Assembly (NCBI GenBank): GCA_037441285.1 | Contig: JBBISL010000029.1 | Location: 1-18,511 of the forward strand | Length of the DNA stretch: 18,511 nucleotides | Source: a candidate division WOR-3 bacterium | GTDB taxonomy: Bacteria > Hydrothermota > Tepidihabitantia > Tepidihabitantales > Tepidihabitantaceae | Direction: 5' to 3' | Shown here: positions 1 to 8,463 of the stretch, one piece after another | Position numbering within the stretch: position 1 is the first letter of the stretch | Layout of the letters: every line of letters starts with the position of its first letter | Notes under the pieces: generated by a model | The model's input: the letters and a program-made list of their open reading frames with translations, nothing else | The model's database searches: none | Told to the model about the DNA's origin: nothing | Translations under genes and position numbers: made by a program

Positions 1-970
1 TCTCTCCCAGTGCTTCAGCCCCCGCATCCCTCAACTGCTCAGCCACGTTGTCGACACCGGTATCCATCTCTGTTAGGGGATGCTCAACCTGCAGCCGGGC
101 GTTCATCTCCATAAAGTAACAGTTCCCCGCCTCATCACAGATAAACTCAACCGTGCCCGCGCTCACATAACCCGCCGCCTCTGCTGCCCGCTTTGCCCAA
201 TCACCCAGTTTCCGCCTCAACTCGGGCGTAATCCCTGGTGCCGGACTCTCCTCCAGCAACTTCTGGTGCCGGCGCTGGGCAGAACAGTCCCTTTCGCCCA
301 GACTGATACAGTTGCCCCTGCCATCGGCAAGAATCTGCACCTCAATGTGCCGGGCATTGGTGAGGTACTTTTCCAGATACAGCCGGTCGTCGCCAAAAGA
401 GCTGCGCGCCTCTCCCTGACACAGATTCCAGCCCGCCTCCATCTCGCTTTCATCGTTGATAACCCGCATCCCTTTGCCCCCGCCACCCGCTGCTGCCTTG
501 AGCAAAACCGGAAAACCAATCTCCTTCGCCACCTTCACCGCATCGCGGAAGTTGTTCAGCACACCGTCGGAACCGGGCACAACCGGTACCCCTGCCGCCT
601 TCATCCGCTGCCGCGCTGTCACCTTATCGCCCAAGAGCCGAATCGTCTCCGGTTTTGGTCCGACAAAAATCAAACCCGAAGCGACCACCGCCTCGGCAAA
701 ATCGGCATTTTCCGAAAGAAACCCGTAACCGGGATGAACCGCATCGCAACCTTTAACCAGGGCAACCGATAACACCCGGGAAAAGTTGAGATAAGAACTA
801 CCGGCTGCTGCTGGACCGATGCACATCTTTTCATCGGCCAGCAGAACCGGCAACGCCTGCCGGTCTGCCTCAGAATAAACAACAACACTCTTTATTCCGA
901 GGTCAGCACAAGCCCGCATAATCCGCAGGGCAATCTCGCCCCGATTGGCAACCAGCACCTTCTTCAACAT
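1..970 (-). CDS. accC: Biotin carboxylase (acetyl/acyl-CoA carboxylase BC subunit), 3' end runs off the window
   Basis: Manual minus-strand translation from ATG at 970 gives [21 protein letters not shown]...[14 protein letters not shown]...GGGGKGMR...RHIEVQ...[20 protein letters not shown]...[14 protein letters not shown], the classic ATP-grasp biotin carboxylase motifs. Absent from the ORF track because there is no stop codon in the window. Could be the BC subunit of another biotin-dependent carboxylase. Confidence 0.93.
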   Translation of the reverse strand, partial: MLKKVLVANRGEIALRIMRACADLGIKSVVVYSEADRQALPVLLADEKMCIGPAAAGSSYLNFSRVLSVALVKGCDAVHPGYGFLSENADFAEAVVASGLIFVGPKPETIRLLGDKVTARQRMKAAGVPVVPGSDGVLNNFRDAVKVAKEIGFPVLLKAAAGGGGKGMRVINDESEMEAGWNLCQGEARSSFGDDRLYLEKYLTNARHIEVQILADGRGNCISLGERDCSAQRRHQKLLEESPAPGITPELRRKLGDWAKRAAEAAGYVSAGTVEFICDEAGNCYFMEMNARLQVEHPLTEMDTGVDNVAEQLRDAGAEALGE

Positions 971-980
971 CGTCCTATGT

Positions 981-1008
981 AGAATAAATCGTTATCCCTA
1001 ACTGTCAA
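981..1008 (-). promoter_or_regulatory. sigma70-like promoter for accC
   Basis: Minus strand TTGACA (1008-1003), 16-bp spacer, TATTCT (986-981); ATG follows 10 nt later. Confidence 0.65.
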
Positions 1009-1201
1009 CAGGATGATATTGCCGGGAAATATACCATTGCCCTGCAACCATACGACACCACTATAGTTCAACCCATTTTCTTTTATCAATCTTGATATAA
1101 AATAACACTCAACCCGAACTGCTCGCTCCACCGGACATTTTTATAATATTTTCAGCGCTAACTTTATAATAAATTATTACTTATTTGATTTGCGTTTTAT
1201 C

Positions 1202-1306
1202 CCCTGACATCACCCTGGTAAGGGTTCTGGAAACCAGTCAGGGAACCGTTGGGGGAGCCGTTCCCTGATTCATTTGGGGAGTCACTCCCTGAACCCTCTC
1301 CCCTGT
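1202..1306. repeat. Degenerate 12/24-bp periodic repeat with embedded inverted repeat
   Basis: 12-mers from 1229: ggaaaccagtca / gggaaccgttgg / gggagccgttcc / ctgattcatttg / gggagtcactcc / ctgaaccctctc. GGGAGnCnnTCCCTGA recurs at 1253 and 1277. Inverted repeat tcagggaac...gttccctga spans 1238-1268. Confidence 0.5.
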
Positions 1307-1493
1307 ACTATCCACTGTTAACTCAAGGAGTTATCAATAGAAACACCGCTAAATAATCAGTACAACCGGTAGTTCTGCCCATTCTACCTTATCTTGCTCT
1401 ATGATTTACGGTTGTAAAAGGTTGTGCCTGCTAAATGGCATATCTATCAGGATAAGAGTTATTACCCATAAAACCGCTTAACAGTTAACAGGT

Positions 1494-2213
1494 TCAATCG
1501 GTCTTGTTGTTTTTGTTACGACCTTTCTCTGCCAGCCTCTGGAGAAGTTTTTCAATCCGTTTCTGGTTTGTAAGGTAAACAGCGGTATATATCAGGGCGA
1601 TGACAATCAAAATCGCCCACTCCTTGAGCCCAAACCGAACCGCACTGGCACCAACCCAGCACTCCAGGATGTTGCTGGGCAACCGGGCAACAAAAACAAG
1701 TAACAGGAAAAAAAACAGCGGGATTCGGGTCAAGCCTGCCAGATAGTAAACCCAGTCACCCAGCGGATTGGGAACTAAAAGCAATATGAATATGTAGAAG
1801 ATACCGCGGCGCACTATTAGTGAATCAAATTGCGCCAGCGCCTCGGCGCGTACAAACATATTCAATAAACGCCGTCCGGAAAACCTGGCAATCGTGAAGG
1901 CAAGCGCCGAACCCGCCAGCACCCCCAGCATCAGCCAGACAATCGTGGGCCAGAAACCTAAAGCATAGCCGCTGACAAACGACATCACATTCCCGGGCAG
2001 GGGTGCAACCACAATCTGAATCAGTTGCAGAATCACAATACCTAAGGGTGCCCACACCCCCCAGTTTTTCACCAGAAAACGCAACTCCTCCGGGTTGCGA
2101 AAGTATCTTGCAAAATAGCGTCCAAAAAATAAAAAAAAGGCAATGAGCCCAATGAGCAAGAGCCCAATTGTCACCGTGGAAGCCAGCCGGTTTTTCTTTT
2201 GCGTTTCTTCCAT
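1494..2213 (-). CDS. DedA-superfamily TVP38/TMEM64 (VTT / SNARE-associated domain) membrane protein
   Basis: Hydrophobic protein with WGVWAPL..I.LQ.IQIVVAPLPG, G...GS.LAF.IARFSGR and LLLVPNPLGDWVYYLAGLTRIP..FF motifs typical of TVP38/TMEM64. Start placed at ATG 2213 (MEETQK) because the ORF-track ATG at 2228 lies inside the predicted -10 box. Confidence 0.88.
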   Translation of the reverse strand: MEETQKKNRLASTVTIGLLLIGLIAFFLFFGRYFARYFRNPEELRFLVKNWGVWAPLGIVILQLIQIVVAPLPGNVMSFVSGYALGFWPTIVWLMLGVLAGSALAFTIARFSGRRLLNMFVRAEALAQFDSLIVRRGIFYIFILLLVPNPLGDWVYYLAGLTRIPLFFFLLLVFVARLPSNILECWVGASAVRFGLKEWAILIVIALIYTAVYLTNQKRIEKLLQRLAEKGRNKNNKTD

Positions 2214-2223
2214 AAGTCCACTA

Positions 2224-2251
2224 ACCATAGGAGATTTCCTCTAATTGTCAA
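2224..2251 (-). promoter_or_regulatory. sigma70-like promoter for the DedA/TVP38 gene
   Basis: TTGACA (2251-2246), 16 bp, TATGGT (2229-2224); ATG 2213 follows 10 nt later. Confidence 0.6.
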
Positions 2252-2264
2252 GAAAACGAAATGT

Positions 2265-2292
2265 TTGACAGCGCATTATTATTGTATATCAT
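2265..2292 (+). promoter_or_regulatory. sigma70-like promoter for the OmpA-family gene (back-to-back with the DedA promoter)
   Basis: TTGACA (2265-2270), 16 bp, TATCAT (2287-2292); SD GAGGAGG at 2361-2367 before ATG 2374. Confidence 0.7.
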
Positions 2293-2373
2293 TTTGTATA
2301 TGATACTTACAGAACGGAGGGGTAAAAATGAGCTCCTCCGCAAATTATAAGCACCAAATAGAGGAGGAAGTTT

Positions 2374-4308
2374 ATGAAAAAAGCGGTTTTGTCACTAACC
2401 CTGATTACAACCATTTTCCTCACCGGTTTGTATGCGGATCCCGCGCTCGGTGGTGGTCGGGGCCTTTTCCGCGTGCAGGATGCACGGGTTGAAGAGGACG
2501 GTGCCCTGGTTTTCGCCACCCGCTGGATGTTCAGGCGCGCCAATCTTGGAGATAATGTTACCCTGTACCGGGGACCGCTCTATGGGATGGAGATGAACTA
2601 TGCGCCTTACCCGTTCTGCGAACTGTTCGGCTCACTCGTTGGCGTTGTTGATTTCCGCACCAACCCCAGCGCCCTGTTTTACGACTGGCAGGGACAGATT
2701 CTCGGCGCAAAACTGTCGTTCCCGTACCTGCCCGTGGTTAAGGTCGCCGCACTCGGCACCTGGGTAATGCCCAAGAGTACCTACAACTTTAAGGAAACCG
2801 ACGGATTCCTTGACCGGCTCGCATCCGATAAAAACTCCTGGCGCGCGCTGCTCTCATTACGCTTCTGGGAACTGCATAAAACCCTGCCCACGCTTATGTT
2901 TAACTATGGTCAGAGCCTGACGGGTGAAAAGGAGAACTTCGCCGGCATTGGCATTGAGATGGCAAGCAACGCCATTGACCTGTTTGTTGAAGCAACATCA
3001 GAAGCGGACGCCAGCGCCGGATTTTCCGCACTCATGGGCAAGGATTACACACCACGCGCCCGAATCACACCCGGTGTCCGGATTAAGATGGGCGTTTTGC
3101 ACCTGAACGGTGGGATTGAACTGGGTTTAACCGATGCGGTACCTGACTACGAAGGTATTTTCGGGCTGAGTTTTGTTTCGCCCTTTCCCAAGCCACCGGA
3201 AAAGCCCTGGGGCAGATTGGTCGGCAAAGTTGAAGACGCCCGTTCCGGTATGCCACTTGAAGCAAAGGTCCGATTCATCAAACGCCGTCTGCCAACACTT
3301 AAAACCGACCCGGAAAATGGCACCTTCTTTTTGGAAAAACTACCCGCGGGTGTGGTCGTAGTTGAAGCATCAAAGGAAGGCTACATTCCGGAAGCGGTTC
3401 CCCTTGTGATACCGGACAAGGGCTATGCCACCTACACCTTCAAACTGAAACCGCTCGTGCCCTATGGCACCGTTGCCGGCAGAGTTGCTGACGCTTACAA
3501 CGGCAAACCGCTTGAGGCAACAGTCTCATTTGTCGCCACCACCGTTCCACCGGTAACATCAAACCCGACAACCGGATTTTTCCGTTCGGACAATGTGCCC
3601 GCCGGGCTGGTTGTAGTCCGGGTGGAAAAAGAAGGCTACTTCCCGGAGGAACGGGCGGTCGAAGTTGAAGACGGCGGTGTGACCAAACTGAACTTTGCCC
3701 TCTCCTCACTGGAAATGAAAGGTGTGTTCAAAGCCAAGGTTGTGGATAAACAGACCGGTGCACCATTGACCGCCACCATCTCCTTCACGCAGGGTGAACG
3801 GCCCTCATTTACGACCGATGCAACAACCGGCGAATATCAGCTGGAACTGCCAGTTGGCTCCTACGAGGTAAAGGTGGAAGTTCCGGGCTATCTGCCTCAA
3901 ACCAGCAGTTTTGCAATAAACAAAGGCGAGACCACGACCCGGACCTTTGAACTGGTCGCCAAAGGTATGGTCCTCACCCTGAAGGGTGTCTACTTTGAGT
4001 TTGGCAAGGCAACACTGCGCACCGAATCGTATCCGGCGCTGATGGAAGCGGCCCAGATTATGAAGGACAACCCGGACATCCTCGTGGAGATTCAGGGACA
4101 CACCGACAACATCGGCTCAGAAAAGGCAAACCAGATTCTCTCTGAGAAGCGCGCCTACTCCGTGATGAACTTCCTGGTGCAGTACGGCGGGATTGACCCG
4201 AAACGGCTGACCGCGAAAGGCTACGGCGAATCCCGACCCATCGCCTCCAACGACACCGACGAAGGCAGACAGCTCAACCGCCGTGTTGAGTTTGTCATCC
4301 GCCAGTAG
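2374..4308 (+). CDS. OmpA-family outer-membrane protein: signal peptide, putative beta-barrel, Pro linker, three carboxypeptidase-regulatory/PEGA-like repeats, C-terminal OmpA peptidoglycan-binding domain
   Basis: Signal peptide MKKAVLSLTLITTIFLTGLYA; linker PFPKPPEKP; three G..G.V.D...G.PL.A.V.F repeats; C-terminal VYFEFGKATL...VEIQGHTDNIGSEKANQILSEKRA...GYGESRPIASNDTDEGRQLNRRVEF. Confidence 0.92.
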   Translation: MKKAVLSLTLITTIFLTGLYADPALGGGRGLFRVQDARVEEDGALVFATRWMFRRANLGDNVTLYRGPLYGMEMNYAPYPFCELFGSLVGVVDFRTNPSALFYDWQGQILGAKLSFPYLPVVKVAALGTWVMPKSTYNFKETDGFLDRLASDKNSWRALLSLRFWELHKTLPTLMFNYGQSLTGEKENFAGIGIEMASNAIDLFVEATSEADASAGFSALMGKDYTPRARITPGVRIKMGVLHLNGGIELGLTDAVPDYEGIFGLSFVSPFPKPPEKPWGRLVGKVEDARSGMPLEAKVRFIKRRLPTLKTDPENGTFFLEKLPAGVVVVEASKEGYIPEAVPLVIPDKGYATYTFKLKPLVPYGTVAGRVADAYNGKPLEATVSFVATTVPPVTSNPTTGFFRSDNVPAGLVVVRVEKEGYFPEERAVEVEDGGVTKLNFALSSLEMKGVFKAKVVDKQTGAPLTATISFTQGERPSFTTDATTGEYQLELPVGSYEVKVEVPGYLPQTSSFAINKGETTTRTFELVAKGMVLTLKGVYFEFGKATLRTESYPALMEAAQIMKDNPDILVEIQGHTDNIGSEKANQILSEKRAYSVMNFLVQYGGIDPKRLTAKGYGESRPIASNDTDEGRQLNRRVEFVIRQ

Positions 4309-4329
4309 ATTGGCTAAAGGATAAAAACC

Positions 4330-4365
4330 GCCGGGGAGGCTGCAGTTCGCCTCCCCGGCTTTATT
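4330..4365 (+). terminator. Intrinsic terminator between the convergent ompA-like and pilD genes (possibly bidirectional)
   Basis: 11-bp stem gccggggaggc (4330-4340) / gcctccccggc (4349-4359) followed by tttatt; an A-run at 4323-4327 lies on the other side. Confidence 0.8.
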
Positions 4366-4381
4366 AATTCACCAACACTTT

Positions 4382-5179
4382 TTATATGCCCATCGCCCGC
4401 AGGTAAAGGTTAAACAACATCTCACCCCAGTACAGCCCCACTAAACCGCCCAGGGCTAAAAATGGACCAAACGGCACCTCGGCACCTGCTTTGGTCTTGC
4501 CTAAGATGCGGCTAACAACTCCTGCAATCACACCGCTCACCACCGCTATTGCCAGCGCCACCACCATACCTTTCGATCCAACAAACACACCAATCATTGA
4601 AGCAAAAGGCAAATCACCCCAGCCCATCCCTTCTCTCCTTTTTACACCCAGACTCCGAAACGGTCGGGCAAGTACAAACCGCCAGAGCGCCCAGGCGCAA
4701 AAAACAAAAAGGGCGCCAATTAACCCACCCCAGACTGCCTTGGTAATGCCAAACTGAAATACCGGGAAAATTGATGTAATTAACCCCAGAATCAGACCGG
4801 CAAGCGACAGCCGAAAGGGCAGAATCTTGTGGTCAATATCAATGCCCCCAAGGACAATCAGAAAACCGACAAAAACCAAAGCCCGCAGAGTGGTCCAGTT
4901 AAGTCCAAAATGGATATAAGTAAATAAGAAAAGGAGCCCACTCAAAAGTTCAATGAGGGGATAACGAATTGAGATTGGTTGACCACAGTCCCGGCACCGC
5001 CCCCGGAGAATCAAAAAACTGAGAATCGGGATGTTGTCGTAAAACCGGATGCGTTTGCCACAGCGCGGACAGTGCGAAGGTGGGTAATTGATTGATTCGC
5101 CGCGCGGAATGCGCCAGATGCAAACATTAAAAAAACTGCCGAACACCAGCCCAACAATCAGCGCTAATAAATAGGTCAC
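4382..5179 (-). CDS. pilD: Prepilin peptidase / N-methyltransferase (peptidase A24)
   Basis: GSFFNVCIWRIPRGESI..PPSHCPRC...NIPILSFLILRGRCRDC...IS.RYP.IE, catalytic IDIDH and GMGWGD motifs, VPFGPFLA. Likely start is GTG 5179 overlapping the pilT stop (GTGA); the longer ORF-track N-terminus overlaps pilT. Confidence 0.95.
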   Translation of the reverse strand: MTYLLALIVGLVFGSFFNVCIWRIPRGESINYPPSHCPRCGKRIRFYDNIPILSFLILRGRCRDCGQPISIRYPLIELLSGLLFLFTYIHFGLNWTTLRALVFVGFLIVLGGIDIDHKILPFRLSLAGLILGLITSIFPVFQFGITKAVWGGLIGALFVFCAWALWRFVLARPFRSLGVKRREGMGWGDLPFASMIGVFVGSKGMVVALAIAVVSGVIAGVVSRILGKTKAGAEVPFGPFLALGGLVGLYWGEMLFNLYLRAMGI

Positions 5180-6312
5180 TGACCTTTGGGACCGGGCGGC
5201 GAAACTGGACTGGCAGGAGGGGTGAACAGTTTTTTGTCGGTGGCTCTCGCGTAGGCGATTTCCGGAGCAATAAGCCCGTTCGCTACCAGCGACTCTAAAC
5301 ACTGGTCCATTGTCTGCATACCGTACTGAGAGCCGGTTTGCACCAGCGACGGTATCTGGTGGGTCTTCGCCTCCCGGATAAGGTTTTTCACCGCCGGCGT
5401 TGCGACCAGAACCTCCATCGCCGCTACTCGTCCTCTTCCATCTTTCCGGGGCAACAAAGTCTGCGATATGATGCCGCGAATCACATTGGCAAAAATCTGC
5501 CGCACATACTCCTGCTGGTCCGCCGGAAAAACATCAATCACCCGGTCCACGGTCTCCGCAACACTGTTGGTGTGCAGCGTCGACAGTACTAAATGGCCTG
5601 TTTCCGCAGCGGTGAGTGCCAGACTGATTGTTTCCAGATCCCGCATCTCGCCAACGAGAATCACATCCGGGTCTTCCCGCAGACAGGCACGCAGCGCCGC
5701 AGCAAATGAACGGGAATGGGTGCCAATCTCGCGCTGGCTGATAAGGCAGTTCCGGGGCTGAAAGATGTACTCAATCGGGTCCTCAATCGTAATTATTCGC
5801 ACCGCCCGTTCCTGGTCAATCAGGTCAATCATACTTGCCAGCGTGGTCGACTTACCACAGCCGGTAGGACCGGTAACCAGAACCAGTCCGGAATGGCTCC
5901 GGGTCAGCTCCGCCACCGAAGGCGGCGCCGGTAGTTCTTCAAGCGTCCGGATTTTTGCCGGAATGATGCGAAAAGCCGCTCCCACCCCACCTAAGTCAAG
6001 AAACACATTAACCCGCGCCCGTACCCGCTCCGGACTGATGTAATCAAGTGTTACCGCCTCCGGCGGTAGGTGCTGTGAAGCCTCACCCCAGGTATAAGAA
6101 AGGTCCAGTTCCCGCTTGCGCTGGACCGCCTCGCGCTGTTCGTCCGATAAAATCGAGTAGACCAGCACCTGAGCATCTTCTGCCGTCAGTGCTGGTCCGG
6201 GAATCTTTTTTAGCCGGCCGTTGACCCTGATTATCGGCGGGTTGCCCGCAGTAATGTGCAAGTCAGATGCACCGTACTTCGCCGCATACCGAAGGAGTTC
6301 GTCGATATTCAT
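5176..6312 (-). CDS. pilT: Type IV pilus retraction ATPase PilT
   Basis: ASDLHITAG.PP.IRVNG, Walker A GPTGCGKSTT, TIEDPIE, LREDPDVILVGEMRD, AETGHLVLSTLHT, AVKNLIRE (AIRNLIRE motif), GMQTMDQ. Confidence 0.95.
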   Translation of the reverse strand: MNIDELLRYAAKYGASDLHITAGNPPIIRVNGRLKKIPGPALTAEDAQVLVYSILSDEQREAVQRKRELDLSYTWGEASQHLPPEAVTLDYISPERVRARVNVFLDLGGVGAAFRIIPAKIRTLEELPAPPSVAELTRSHSGLVLVTGPTGCGKSTTLASMIDLIDQERAVRIITIEDPIEYIFQPRNCLISQREIGTHSRSFAAALRACLREDPDVILVGEMRDLETISLALTAAETGHLVLSTLHTNSVAETVDRVIDVFPADQQEYVRQIFANVIRGIISQTLLPRKDGRGRVAAMEVLVATPAVKNLIREAKTHQIPSLVQTGSQYGMQTMDQCLESLVANGLIAPEIAYARATDKKLFTPPASPVSPPGPKGQ

Positions 6313-6356
6313 TCATCAGCAAAGGGCAAAACCGCCTGCGTTTCCTACCTCATTTT

Positions 6357-7958
6357 CTATCCATTTTCCGGCGTTAGGATGTGCGGGATGATAAAAATCA
6401 TCAGGTCGCTCTTACTGCGCTGAATTGAGGTCTTCTTAAACAAATGCCCGATAATCGGAATGTCACCCAGGAGCGGAATCTTGCCGACATTTCTGGTCTC
6501 CTCATCCTTGACCAGACCACCAATCACCACCACCTCATTCTCGGCGACCTTCACCTGGGTCTCGGCTTCTCGCTTCGCAACAATCGGCTGCCGGTCGTCG
6601 GCAGAGCCGACCCAACCCGTTATCGCCTCAACACTCGGTTTGACCCGCATCGTAATCATCCCATCAGAAGTGACATGAGGCGTAACATCCATCTTTATTG
6701 GAATCGAGCGCGTGCGCCAGGTGTAAGTAATCTCCCCGGTGTTCGGGTCTTTGTGGACCTCACGCACCGGCACATCCACGCCCATACTGATGGACGCTGT
6801 TTGATTGTCAACTGACACCGTCCTCGGGTTGGCAAGAACCCGGGATTTACCGCGGGACATCAGCAGTTCCAGAGAGGCGCTGAACTGGGAAAACGATATC
6901 TTACCAAAGAGCATCTCTTTAACAATGACCGGAATTGCTACCTCATCGCCAATCTTGGGCATCTCGGTCGAAAATTGTGCGATTGGCGTCCAGTCAATAC
7001 CGTAACGGTCTTCACTGGAGTAGGTCGTCTCGATGAATTTCGCCTCAATCGCAATCTGGGGCATTGGCCGGTCCAGTTCCGCAATAATCTGTGCGATGTT
7101 GTCAAGAGCCTCGGGCACATCGGTCACAACCAGAATTGCGCTCCGTTCCTCACCACCGGCCGCCTTGGTCCCGACCCGGCTAAAACCAACTTCAGCGGTT
7201 CCGTTTTCCGAAAGCGCCTTGGCAATCGCACTCTTCGCGTCGTTGGCTTCAAGATAATCCAGCCGAAAAACCCGCGTTTGCATTTCGCCGTACATCGCCT
7301 TCTTCAGCGGCTTAACGATTATAACTCCGCTCTTATCCTCTACCATATTACAGCCCGCCGCTTTCAAGAGCGCCTCTACCCCGATGCGCAGGGGCACCTC
7401 GTTCAACCGCACACTTACCACCGACTTCACATCCTGACTGATCAGCAGATTCAGGTCAAACTGGCGGGCAATCATTCGCAATACGCTCGCAATATCGGCG
7501 TCCTGAACCAGAAGCGTCAGGGGCGGTTTGCCGCTGAACGGGTCTTCGCTCTTTACTTCTGGAACCGGCATCACCGGTGTAGTACCAAAGTCAATCGATA
7601 CCACACCACCTTCATTGGTAATCCGGTGCCTGACCATATCGCGTAAGAACACGGTAATCCGAACACCGTTTGTCGCATCGCTGGGTTTAATTGTAACCGC
7701 ACTTACTGGGTAGAAACGAGATGTAATGCGTTCTTGCGTTATCCGGGCGGTTGCATCCATAACATCCACAATCACCGCCGGTGGCTCTTGAGAGACATAG
7801 GAACTGATGTTGGGTGTCTGGTTACAGGCAACGGTCACCCGAACACCCTCAATTAGCTTTTCCACCGCGACATCTTTTACAACAACCTGCTCCTGGGCGG
7901 TTAGCAAGCCCAGACAGACAAAAAACGCCGCAACCAACACTGTTGTTTTATTTTTCAT
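6357..7958 (-). CDS. pilQ: Secretin PilQ-type (signal peptide, AMIN-like, N0/N3 and secretin domains)
   Basis: LTLLVQDADIASVLRMIA (N0), ELDRPMPQIAIEAKFIE, SRVLANPR...DNQTASI..G, V.PHVT.DG.I, VVVIGGL...KIPLLGDIPIIGHLFK...DLMIFIIP. Confidence 0.93.
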   Translation of the reverse strand: MKNKTTVLVAAFFVCLGLLTAQEQVVVKDVAVEKLIEGVRVTVACNQTPNISSYVSQEPPAVIVDVMDATARITQERITSRFYPVSAVTIKPSDATNGVRITVFLRDMVRHRITNEGGVVSIDFGTTPVMPVPEVKSEDPFSGKPPLTLLVQDADIASVLRMIARQFDLNLLISQDVKSVVSVRLNEVPLRIGVEALLKAAGCNMVEDKSGVIIVKPLKKAMYGEMQTRVFRLDYLEANDAKSAIAKALSENGTAEVGFSRVGTKAAGGEERSAILVVTDVPEALDNIAQIIAELDRPMPQIAIEAKFIETTYSSEDRYGIDWTPIAQFSTEMPKIGDEVAIPVIVKEMLFGKISFSQFSASLELLMSRGKSRVLANPRTVSVDNQTASISMGVDVPVREVHKDPNTGEITYTWRTRSIPIKMDVTPHVTSDGMITMRVKPSVEAITGWVGSADDRQPIVAKREAETQVKVAENEVVVIGGLVKDEETRNVGKIPLLGDIPIIGHLFKKTSIQRSKSDLMIFIIPHILTPENG

Positions 7959-7961
7959 AAG

Positions 7962-8447
7962 TTACTCCCCCAGTGTCAAAGTAAATGTTCGGCCACCCTG
8001 CTCCAGGGTTACCTGGTCCTCTTTGATGTCTATCACTTTTTTGCCACTGATTTCGTCCCCGACTTGCAGAATCTGGTCATTAATTAAAGCGCTCGCACCA
8101 GTGGCGGTAACCGTAATTGCCTGAAGATTAAGATTGGCAACTTCGGTACTCAAAACCCAGTCGCGCACGAACGGGTCACTGCCCCAGACCACCTCTACTT
8201 CGGCCGGGGCATCAATCCCCGGCATTCCTTGCGGAGCGCCCGGTGGTGCTGTCACCTTTTGAGCTGCGGGTGCACCAGTTTCCGATTGCATTGAGCGCGA
8301 CACCTCAGCTGTCACCCCTTTAGCAATTTCGGTGTATGCCATCCCATCTGCAATCTTCGGACCGGCACCCTTTGTCCTGAAAAGGAAGGTGTAACCACCC
8401 AGGGCAACAACCGCGATTGCTAAAATTGCTAAAAATTTCTCTCTCAA
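7962..8447 (-). CDS. Membrane-anchored PilP/GspC-HR-like protein (copy 2)
   Basis: N-terminal TM helix, Ala/Pro linker, DPF motif, then LNLQAI....ALINDQILQVGDEISGKKVIDIKEDQVTLEQGGR. Lies immediately before the secretin. Likely start is TTG 8447 after AAGGAG; no lipobox Cys. Confidence 0.7.
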   Translation of the reverse strand: MREKFLAILAIAVVALGGYTFLFRTKGAGPKIADGMAYTEIAKGVTAEVSRSMQSETGAPAAQKVTAPPGAPQGMPGIDAPAEVEVVWGSDPFVRDWVLSTEVANLNLQAITVTATGASALINDQILQVGDEISGKKVIDIKEDQVTLEQGGRTFTLTLGE

Positions 8448-8463
8448 GGTGCTCCTTTCCTGT

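Noticed and set aside
1..70. Odd residues in accC near the window edge ([17 protein letters not shown] where hydrophobic residues are expected)
   Set aside because: The frame stays open. This may be low-quality sequence at an edge or simple divergence; not enough to call a pseudogene.
80..888. ORF-track ORFs 80-772(+), 217-519(-), 456-728(+), 670-888(-)
   Set aside because: Antisense or off-frame shadows of the biotin carboxylase gene, which carries all the conserved motifs.
1229..1300. CRISPR array
   Set aside because: Units are degenerate 12-mers without unique spacers, and no cas genes are present.
992..1340. Possible replication origin (AT-rich tract plus TTATC-containing 9-mers)
   Set aside because: Best matches to the DnaA box TTATCCACA are only 7/9, and no dnaA/dnaN context is present.
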